Source of the DNA: a virus
Taxonomy: Duplodnaviria; Caudoviricetes
Length of the DNA: 64,000 nucleotides
Virus record (IMG/VR): IMGVR_UViG_3300027983_001732
Location: 1,035 to 65,034 of that record
Reading direction: 5' to 3' (one strand)
This document shows positions 29,550-37,340 of the stretch, in pieces. The position numbers and the translations under genes are program-made. Every line of letters begins with the position of its first letter. The first letter of the stretch is position 1. Under the pieces are notes generated by a model. It had not been told where the DNA came from. It did not search any database and was given only the letters and a program-made list of their open reading frames with translations.

Positions 29550-30872
29550 CTAGTTGTTCCATAACACCCTCATATCATCGAGTCTAACTCCAAATTTGAT
29601 CTCGACGCTCATCTTCAAGCCGGGACAAAGCCGTGATTCTGCCTCTAATGTATCTTTCATTATTCTGTAGGTGTTTTTTGCTATTTGTGTAGAACAAATT
29701 ACGCCGTAACCGTCATGTATGCTGAAAGCTAATTGTGCTCCAGTGTTGTTTAATGCTCGCCAAAGTTCAATCAATTTCTCTTGACATACTGTGGCGGACA
29801 CAGACTGTACAACAAAATTGCGAGCTAAGTAGGCTTTATTGGATTCGTATTTTCTTGGTCTTCCAAAATGATCTTTAACTGTTCCTGTGTCGCATGCAAT
29901 TCTTTGTTTCTCTTTAACCCAATTAATAGCTGTCGAGAAAATAGAATTTATATTTTTTATTACGCTAACTGCCGCTGACTCTGGAACTCCTAACATATCT
30001 GCGAGAGATACAGGTCCAAGTCCATATACGACAGGTAGAAACATCTTCTTTGACATTTTGCGTTTAATCTCTGTGTCGCATGGCAAGCCAGTAACAACTT
30101 CATAGATCTTGCAATGTAAGTCTTCTCCTGAATCTAAAATTTCTTTGAGTTTATTGTCACCTGATAACCATTGCAAAACAACCACTTCGCAGAACCGAAA
30201 GTCAGCAGTTGCGAAACGAAGGCCGTAACCCTTTGTTTTCATAACTTTTTTAACATCTGGTCCCAAGTTGTGAGGCAGGTAGCATCGTGAAAATTTCTTA
30301 GAACAACTTAACCTTCCGTTCCTTTGTCCCTCAATTTCATAGTAGGGATGCTCGGTGCGTCTGGTCTCGCTGTTTAATAATCCTGTCGTTTCGATTGTTG
30401 GTAAAACTCGATAGGACAACGGAATGTGAATGGATTTGTATATATCTTTCCAATCATTGTTTTGAAAAACGATGTTAATTCGATTAGATGCTTCTACAAA
30501 ATTATCAGGGACATTTTTTTGAATGTCCAAAAAAGCTTCAATGACTTTTAGATCAAGAATATTGTTCTTTGGTGTTACAAATTTTGTAGTATGATATTTG
30601 CAAAAGCTTGCTAAAGATTTGAAGTTCCAAAAAAACACTCTAGGCACAAACTCTTTATTAAAAATTGTGGCGTCGAGAAGACCCATAACAGAAGCTGTGT
30701 TGCCTGATGAAATATCTAACTCCACTCGTGAGTTTTTACCACAAACAATAATCTTAAATAAAATACTGTCTGTAAAATCCAATGTTTCTGGTTCTGTTTT
30801 CACAAAAACCACTTCATTGGATTCCAGTAGTTCAGCCAGTAAAATTGATGTCTCTTCAAGATTCATACTCAA
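29550..30872 (-). CDS. Short family A DNA polymerase-like protein
   Basis: Motif A ADFRFCEVVVL, DLH, motif B RKMSKKMFLPVVYG, FGRPR, NFVVQS, motif C IHDG. Confidence 0.8.
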   Translation of the reverse strand: MSMNLEETSILLAELLESNEVVFVKTEPETLDFTDSILFKIIVCGKNSRVELDISSGNTASVMGLLDATIFNKEFVPRVFFWNFKSLASFCKYHTTKFVTPKNNILDLKVIEAFLDIQKNVPDNFVEASNRINIVFQNNDWKDIYKSIHIPLSYRVLPTIETTGLLNSETRRTEHPYYEIEGQRNGRLSCSKKFSRCYLPHNLGPDVKKVMKTKGYGLRFATADFRFCEVVVLQWLSGDNKLKEILDSGEDLHCKIYEVVTGLPCDTEIKRKMSKKMFLPVVYGLGPVSLADMLGVPESAAVSVIKNINSIFSTAINWVKEKQRIACDTGTVKDHFGRPRKYESNKAYLARNFVVQSVSATVCQEKLIELWRALNNTGAQLAFSIHDGYGVICSTQIAKNTYRIMKDTLEAESRLCPGLKMSVEIKFGVRLDDMRVLWNN

Positions 30873-30939
30873 ATCTTATCAGATCAGAGATTCCGAAACT
30901 ACCCTGAATCAATTAAATACTTTGTAACTTATCTCAGTC

Positions 30940-30976
30940 GTGCCTTGATCCTGATCCTGTTGAATGGCATAAGAAC
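30940..30976 (-). repeat. Solitary degenerate array repeat (family A) upstream of the polymerase gene
   Basis: Minus strand GTTCTTATGCCATTCAACAGGATCAGGATCAAGGCAC; 5 substitutions and 1 insertion relative to the array repeat. Confidence 0.75.
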
Positions 30977-31059
30977 CTTCAGTCCATAAGGGATGCCATG
31001 GTTGTGATCATAATAGATATAAAAAATAAAATCACTTTATATTTCCTTAAGTAATAAGG

Positions 31060-31432
31060 CGATTTACAAAGTGCGTGCATTCTCTACACCCAGTGAAAAT
31101 GACTCTCACTGCGTCTATTATGATACAACTTGAAGTTGTTTTAATTGATGGTAGTTGTGCTTCACACTTGGGTGATTCCCAAGTGATAATCACGAATCTC
31201 CTAACCAGATGACCTGCTCGTAGCCCCGGCAGCCGCTTTAAAAAGCAGAACGAGCATTCATGGCATCGCCGGGTTTAGTGATCTGGATTACCTAGATTCT
31301 TGACACAAGACGCTGAGTTCCCTAAACTCGTCCGGTTGCGGTAAGACCTACCCGCTGTCAAGGTTTTTCGCCGGATTTCAAGTGACCATCTGACCTGAAA
31401 TACCCGACCTGTTAATTTGAAAGTAGCTTCAA
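31060..31432 (-). ncRNA. Candidate structured non-coding RNA or long leader
   Basis: No ORF; many inverted repeats; GC-richer than flanks; downstream of a sigma70-like promoter. Confidence 0.4.
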
Positions 31433-31437
31433 CTCTA

Positions 31438-31466
31438 ATCTTATCAAGTTAACTTAAAGAAAGCAA
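31438..31466 (-). promoter_or_regulatory. Sigma70-like promoter with extended -10
   Basis: TTGCTT-N17-TAAGAT with TGn immediately before the -10. Confidence 0.55.
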
Positions 31467-31555
31467 GACCTTTTCTGTAAAAAGATCCATTGTTATAAAC
31501 TTTTAAAACAGATACAGTACATGCTCACAAGCATAAATATGAAAATTCTTTAATT

Positions 31556-31591
31556 GTGCTGATGTTATTCAGCAGGATTGCATTAATGCAC
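31556..31591 (+). repeat. Solitary array-repeat variant (family A) containing the RBS and start codon of the next gene
   Basis: GTGCTGATGTTATTCAGCAGGATTGCATTAATGCAC, 29/36 identity; ATG at 31586. Confidence 0.75.
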
Positions 31592-32314
31592 AGATACGAC
31601 GCTATTTTTGAATGGAATATGACTTCTCCAGAGACCGAAGCCTTTAAATTGGCTGTTCTTTATGAGCAAGAATTCTTAAGATTGTTCGAAGGAACAGAAG
31701 AAATTGATGGACAAGGGTTCAGAAGAAATACAATTCCAAAACGTGGAGACCCTCGAAAGTCAGATTTGTTTCGCCAATGCTGGAAACTCCGTCGAGAAAC
31801 AAGAGGTTTGTTAACAGGAGAGCAGTACGTTAATTATGTTAAGGCTAATTTGGCGATATTGAAGATCAACAAATCTCATGTTTCTCCCAATGCCATTTGC
31901 GGAGACAAAGCGTGGATTAGATGGAAGGTTTGGGAAAGATGGTACACTCAAAAAATGAGCGAAAAATCTTGTGTCGCACCACCACCATCTGTATCGACCA
32001 CAGATCCGAAGATCATTCGAGAAATTGATAGAACGAAAAAGTTTTTGTTCGAAAAATGTGATGGAGAACCATCATCTGAAAAAATTCGTGGATTCATGGA
32101 AAATGGATTTTTTAAACTTTGGATTGTTTCTGGCAAGGCTTCAATCTATTATGTTATGATGTCTCCATATGCCCAACCATTCATCAATGATTTAGCTCAA
32201 TCGTGTTCTTTTGACCCTCCAGTGTTTCGAGAAAAAATAACTTCTGAAGTAAGGGATTACTTTCATTATGAGTTCAATCACGAGTTTGACAGAATTCGGC
32301 TCCCTTCAAATTGA
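31586..32314 (+). CDS. Hypothetical phage protein
   Basis: 242 aa from ATG 31586; AGGA upstream within the repeat. Confidence 0.65.
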   Translation: MHRYDAIFEWNMTSPETEAFKLAVLYEQEFLRLFEGTEEIDGQGFRRNTIPKRGDPRKSDLFRQCWKLRRETRGLLTGEQYVNYVKANLAILKINKSHVSPNAICGDKAWIRWKVWERWYTQKMSEKSCVAPPPSVSTTDPKIIREIDRTKKFLFEKCDGEPSSEKIRGFMENGFFKLWIVSGKASIYYVMMSPYAQPFINDLAQSCSFDPPVFREKITSEVRDYFHYEFNHEFDRIRLPSN

Positions 32315-32621
32315 TGGAATAAAAATTCCAATTCACATTGGATTGGTTAAAAACATCTCAACTGAATCACAAGACTATAATTACCGTCCTGTTTTTTCTT
32401 CAGAATTATATGGAATTCTGCGGTCATCAAGAAATTATTTGACAAGTATAGTTTTTTATGAAGCAGGGGATCGTAATTACTTTGATATTTGTTATATTAA
32501 CTGGGAAATGAATGGAGAGGTCGAACATTTTGCATTAACAAAATATGAAAGTCATAGACTTTTTGACTTTTATTGCAATATGATTAAAACCACAATTGAC
32601 TGGAAGGAGTACGGATTCTAA
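32268..32621 (+). CDS. Small hypothetical protein ending IDWKEYGF
   Basis: 117 aa ORF; shared C-terminal motif. Confidence 0.55.
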   Translation: MSSITSLTEFGSLQIDGIKIPIHIGLVKNISTESQDYNYRPVFSSELYGILRSSRNYLTSIVFYEAGDRNYFDICYINWEMNGEVEHFALTKYESHRLFDFYCNMIKTTIDWKEYGF

Positions 32622-32721
32622 TGCAATTACTTGGAGTTATTTTATTGGTTTTGGCTATAAATATTTTAGTTCGTTCTATGTCACTTAAATGGCGTAATCA
32701 TGATGATTGCGATGATGATTA

Positions 32722-33276
32722 ATGACATGTATCATTGTAATGGGTTGTTTTCGTAGCGGAACCAGTGCAGTAGCTGGAGCCTTGCGACACATTGGAGTCT
32801 TTATGGGAGATCAATTCGAACAACCAAACAAGAACAACAAAAAAGGGTTTTGGGAAGATCTAGAATTTAAAAAAATCCTAAATCAATACGAAAATTGTGA
32901 TACATCCGCAAGTGAATTTTGCAAAGTTCTTGTTGAACAAAGAATTTCTCAACATGAAATTTGGGGATTCAAAGACCCGTTAATTTGCAATCATCTTGGG
33001 CAATTCAACTTCATCGATTCAAAATTGATTGTCTGTCGCAGACCAGTAGAAGATATTGCATCTAGCATGGGCAGAGCCATTGGCGTGAGTGCTAGAACTG
33101 TTTTCATTCCGCTTGCTGAGCACTATGTAAAAAAACTTAATCAGTCATTAAAAGAATACACTGGACCTATTTTGGAAGTTCATAAAACAGATTCGATGTT
33201 ACAAATTTTAGAACCGATTTGCGAGTTTGTTGGATTACCTTCAAATCAATCGGCTATTGATTTCTTAGTTTTGTGA
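32722..33276 (+). CDS. Sulfotransferase-family protein
   Basis: GCFRSGTS, NKKGFWED, WGFKDP, RRPVEDIASS. Confidence 0.75.
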   Translation: MTCIIVMGCFRSGTSAVAGALRHIGVFMGDQFEQPNKNNKKGFWEDLEFKKILNQYENCDTSASEFCKVLVEQRISQHEIWGFKDPLICNHLGQFNFIDSKLIVCRRPVEDIASSMGRAIGVSARTVFIPLAEHYVKKLNQSLKEYTGPILEVHKTDSMLQILEPICEFVGLPSNQSAIDFLVL

Positions 33277-33471
33277 TTTCCACTTTAATACCGCCACATC
33301 AAAATAAGCTCTTCCTATCTCTTTCCCTTGATGATCATCGATTATAAAAATTGGTCCTTTGTTTGAGTGTTGGCTCATCTTAACAGAATAACCAGTTCCA
33401 TTAAAGGTGTGCCATTCTCCTTGATTTATAGTGTTTTCCATCCAATTCTTGAAATTCATGATTTTATCCAT
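33265..33471 (-). CDS. Small hypothetical protein, putative internal head protein
   Basis: MNFKNWME motif. Confidence 0.45.
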   Translation of the reverse strand: MDKIMNFKNWMENTINQGEWHTFNGTGYSVKMSQHSNKGPIFIIDDHQGKEIGRAYFDVAVLKWKSQN

Positions 33472-34256
33472 TAGTAATATTTGTAATGTACGGCAGCAAG
33501 TTCACTGATTTCATCTCTTCCTTGAGATGGGAAGCAATACACATCAAGATCTGATGGATTAATTTTCCATGTGTGCGGACCACCAACTGGTGATTCGATG
33601 TTATAATTTGTCATTCGAATAGTACCACATTCTGGATCATAACTAATCATAGTTTGATTTTGTTCTACACGTCTTTGGCTTTTTCCTTCTAAGCCATGTC
33701 CACGCACGCCCATCTTGATAATATAAGCGTGATCATTCACTTTTCGAATTCCTTCTGGAATGAATATGTTCTTCATTACCTTTTTGACTTTCGTGTAGAT
33801 TTGCTGTGTAAGATGCTCAAGATCTGTATAATCTATGATTGGAGACTCAAGTGGGACTTCATATGCCTTTGAAAGTTCATTGTGAATTTCTTGAGAGACA
33901 ATCTCTTCTAATCCGCCGTAACCTTGTCGATTTAGCTGAAACATCTTTTTTGATAACCAGCGATTGTTACCTTGTTTGTCTTTGCCAAGTTTTTTAACAT
34001 AAAATGTGTACCCTGTATCGACTTCTAGTTTTATGGCTCCCGGTTCGCTTCCCCAACGAATTTCGTTCATAAAAGGCATTTGTGGCTTTAGGTTTCCAAT
34101 GGATTTCTTTGACAAGAGTTCCATCATCAATTCGACATTGAATTGATGAATTGGGCGATCAAGCATACTTTGGTCTGGAACCGTTTTATCTTTATTGCGG
34201 TCAAACCCAAATATATCTGTATTTTCTATAAATTTTTTGAATGTCAATTTTTCCAT
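33471..34256 (-). CDS. Hypothetical protein, putative internal head protein
   Basis: LTFKKFIE motif; GTAAATA upstream. Confidence 0.6.
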   Translation of the reverse strand: MEKLTFKKFIENTDIFGFDRNKDKTVPDQSMLDRPIHQFNVELMMELLSKKSIGNLKPQMPFMNEIRWGSEPGAIKLEVDTGYTFYVKKLGKDKQGNNRWLSKKMFQLNRQGYGGLEEIVSQEIHNELSKAYEVPLESPIIDYTDLEHLTQQIYTKVKKVMKNIFIPEGIRKVNDHAYIIKMGVRGHGLEGKSQRRVEQNQTMISYDPECGTIRMTNYNIESPVGGPHTWKINPSDLDVYCFPSQGRDEISELAAVHYKYY

Positions 34257-34340
34257 TGCATATTATTTACTGTGTATTGACTTAATTTTACAAGAAGGTT
34301 CTTTCTTTGTGAAATGGCTGTTGGAAAGCTAAATAATGAC

Positions 34341-34889
34341 ATGGGAAAATTTATCATTTGGTTAGAAGATAACGAAAGTCAAAAGAATCAACAGATGAGA
34401 GATATCTGGTCTGATACTTTCAAGGCTTTGGGCGTTAATGGGTTGTCTGATGAAGACGCTGCATATCAGTCTCTTGGCAAAATCACATATGGGCAGCGTG
34501 CTGCTACAGGAGCTTCTAGCACTTTCAAAGGAAAAAAAGCTGCTTACAAAAGATTGGAAAATGGACAAATCTTCAATCGACTGTTGCAACTTCAAGATCC
34601 TGAAATTGTCAAACAAGTTCAAGATGCTAAAGAATGGCTTGGAAAAAATGATGATGACCCCAAGACTCAAAACAATGGCGATACAACTATTGCCACATTA
34701 TTACAGAAAATCTTTGGTAAAACTTATCAGCAGTTGATTGATTCAGATTCTCCTACAGCAGATGATGTGTCTCTTAATAAGGCACCTCAAATGGCACCAA
34801 AAAACGACATGGGTCAAGGCGGTCCTGCTCCAGATATGCAACAGCCTGTTCAAAATCCGAATCAAATGCCTTCAAACTTAGCAATATGA
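34341..34889 (+). CDS. Hypothetical protein, putative internal head protein
   Basis: MGKFIIWLE start; CTAAATA 5 nt upstream. Confidence 0.6.
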   Translation: MGKFIIWLEDNESQKNQQMRDIWSDTFKALGVNGLSDEDAAYQSLGKITYGQRAATGASSTFKGKKAAYKRLENGQIFNRLLQLQDPEIVKQVQDAKEWLGKNDDDPKTQNNGDTTIATLLQKIFGKTYQQLIDSDSPTADDVSLNKAPQMAPKNDMGQGGPAPDMQQPVQNPNQMPSNLAI

Positions 34890-35455
34890 AAACATTTAAG
34901 CAATTTTTTCAAGAGACGACAATTATTAGCGATTTACAAAATACAGCTAAAGGGGAGGGGAGAGTCCCTATACACGGCAAACCATTTGAATTTCATTTCT
35001 TCAGGCACAATAAGTCTGCCGGAAATTATGGAAGTGTTTTTGGACAAGATATCGAGCCTCACGGGCGATATGTGACTCAAATCAATCCATTAAATTACAA
35101 CAAATCGCTGGTTTCGGACTTTCCTCACGAATACGAATCAGGAAAGATAAATTTCAAAAGACCTTATGTTTTGGAGTTTGGCGGCGGTTATGGAGCCGAT
35201 ACAAATTGGAAAATGACATTAAGCAAGCAATTCAATGGCAAGAAAGGCAAGAGGCTCAGTCAGGCTATTGTGGACGCAGGTTACGACGGCGTTGTGACAT
35301 ACACTAAGAGCACTGGTCCTAATCGTCCCGCACACACGGATGAAATCGTTGATTTAACAAGTTTTACTCCAAATATACAACAGTCTGTTCAACAGACAAA
35401 ACCTCAGACAAAACCTCAGACAAAACCAATGGAACTTCATCATGAAAACATTTAA
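34886..35455 (+). CDS. Putative internal head protein, possible ADP-ribosyltransferase-like fold
   Basis: MKTFKQFFQE start; GRYVT...AGYDGVV...EIV pattern. Confidence 0.5.
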   Translation: MKTFKQFFQETTIISDLQNTAKGEGRVPIHGKPFEFHFFRHNKSAGNYGSVFGQDIEPHGRYVTQINPLNYNKSLVSDFPHEYESGKINFKRPYVLEFGGGYGADTNWKMTLSKQFNGKKGKRLSQAIVDAGYDGVVTYTKSTGPNRPAHTDEIVDLTSFTPNIQQSVQQTKPQTKPQTKPMELHHENI

Positions 35456-36158
35456 ACAATTTTTGCAAGAGATGCCAATGAGCTTAAATTTTGCTGGCAA
35501 TAATTGGAATGATTTAGAACAAAATGCGAAAGCGGGACAAGCAACAGGTCGTTTCGACGCTGCATCTACAAGAATGTTATATTCTAATAAAGCTAAAGCA
35601 AAAATCGTAAAAAGACTTGAAAATGTTCCTTATGATTTTAATGTTTATTTTGTTAAAACTAAACGAGGAATATCCAATACTAAAATTGATAAATCACAAA
35701 TGAATTCGTATTACAATCAAATGGGCATAACTCCAGATGAAGCTCCGATCATTGATGGAAAAATTAATATGTTTATTTGTAGTTGGGAAAATGATCCTCC
35801 AACATCTTGGATGATTGTTCATAGATTTGCTCATTCTAACAACGAACTAACTCAATCCTTATACAAAATAATACACCAACATGGCAAAAATATGCACGGA
35901 ATTAGAAGTCAATATCCAGAGTTTGACATCATATCAAAATATGGAACCATGAAATCTGCAACAACTGGAAGATTAGGTGCTAATGACGAACCTATTCACG
36001 AAATTATCGCACAATTTATTATGAATGGAAAAGTTACATTTAAAACCTCTCCAAATTCAATAATAGACTCACAATTGAAAAACATTGAATCTATGATTAA
36101 TGTTACAATAAAAAGCGGTCTGGAAAATGCAGAACAATATGTTTATTTTTTATTCTAA
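35442..36158 (+). CDS. Putative internal head protein
   Basis: MKTFKQFLQE start; WMIVHRFAH motif. Confidence 0.55.
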   Translation: MKTFKQFLQEMPMSLNFAGNNWNDLEQNAKAGQATGRFDAASTRMLYSNKAKAKIVKRLENVPYDFNVYFVKTKRGISNTKIDKSQMNSYYNQMGITPDEAPIIDGKINMFICSWENDPPTSWMIVHRFAHSNNELTQSLYKIIHQHGKNMHGIRSQYPEFDIISKYGTMKSATTGRLGANDEPIHEIIAQFIMNGKVTFKTSPNSIIDSQLKNIESMINVTIKSGLENAEQYVYFLF

Positions 36159-36166
36159 GGAAATAA

Positions 36167-37012
36167 GTGGCTACAAGAAGATCTAAGACAGAACCAATAC
36201 CAGTCAAGTTAGAAGAAGTGTTCGGAGAACCAAAAGAATTGTTAGTGGGCACTGTCTTTTCAAAAGATGATTCTTTACAACGAGGTTGGTTAGATCTTCA
36301 GCTTAAATTTCTCAAAGCTACTACACACAATTTTGACCATGTTACAATCCTTTACAGCGATGAAGAATCTGAATATTTTTCTTCACAGACTGAGGTTGTT
36401 CGTTTAAAGCCATTTACTTCTAACAACAACAGTAAGGCTCATGTTACTGGATTGAATTTTCTTGCCGAGATATTTCGCAGTCGTCGGACGATCTATCGGA
36501 ATTTTTTGTTTTTGGACAGTGATGCTTTCCCAATCCGATGTGATTGGCAGAATGTTCTTGAACAAAAAATGCAAAACCATTCTGTTGCTCTTGCTATAAG
36601 AACAGAAGATTTAGAGACAAGATTTCACGCTTCTATCCTTTACTCAAAAGTCGATGCTTTAAGTAGATTAAACTTCAACATTGGACTTGTTGGAAAAGAT
36701 CTTCTTGGAGATCCAGAGTCTGACATCAATATCGGAAAATTTCAGAGCGAAGATAGCGGAGAAGTTTTTTCTTTAGTCCGCAGCAATCAAGTCAATTATC
36801 ATCCAGCACTTTTCGGCATTTATTATGATTGTTTTTATCATCATTGTTGCGGATCTGGAAGATCGTACAATTTGAGATCCAGAGACTATTGGGACATTTT
36901 CTGTGATAAAGATATTAACGTAAACTCTTATACCGAGGCATTAATGTCGAATCCAAATGATTTTATAAGAAAATTGGCCGGATGGTCTCAAGAAATGTAT
37001 GCAAAAATATGA
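36167..37012 (+). CDS. Putative GT-A glycosyltransferase
   Basis: FLFLDSDAFPI DxD motif, FYHHCCGS. Confidence 0.6.
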   Translation: MATRRSKTEPIPVKLEEVFGEPKELLVGTVFSKDDSLQRGWLDLQLKFLKATTHNFDHVTILYSDEESEYFSSQTEVVRLKPFTSNNNSKAHVTGLNFLAEIFRSRRTIYRNFLFLDSDAFPIRCDWQNVLEQKMQNHSVALAIRTEDLETRFHASILYSKVDALSRLNFNIGLVGKDLLGDPESDINIGKFQSEDSGEVFSLVRSNQVNYHPALFGIYYDCFYHHCCGSGRSYNLRSRDYWDIFCDKDINVNSYTEALMSNPNDFIRKLAGWSQEMYAKI

Positions 37013-37298
37013 TGAATTTTTTACAATTGGTCTATTTCTTACAATTGGTTGGAAATCATTTAAAAAAATCATAAATAAACAAGCTCAGCCACAAGCTCAG
37101 CCAATTAGTTTAAGTCAATATGCTGATAGAATCGGCGACATAAAGTGGCACCAAGTTTACAACACATTCGCAAGACAATATAAAGGATATCCAAATGATC
37201 CTAACGTCACAAAAATGGGACAAGCACTTCACCAAGCCGCAACAACTAACGATATGAATTTAATCGCACCTTTTTTGACAAATCAGAAAATAAATTAA
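36999..37298 (+). CDS. Hypothetical protein (start uncertain)
   Basis: 99 aa ORF. Confidence 0.4.
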   Translation: MQKYDEFFTIGLFLTIGWKSFKKIINKQAQPQAQPISLSQYADRIGDIKWHQVYNTFARQYKGYPNDPNVTKMGQALHQAATTNDMNLIAPFLTNQKIN

Positions 37299-37340
37299 GG
37301 AAAAATAATGACAACGCCAGACAGGGGTTAAAATAAAGGC

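Noticed and set aside
31060-31432. tmRNA, RNase P RNA, tRNA or intron identity for the structured region
   Set aside because: No diagnostic termini or conserved cores recognised by eye; left as an unassigned candidate.
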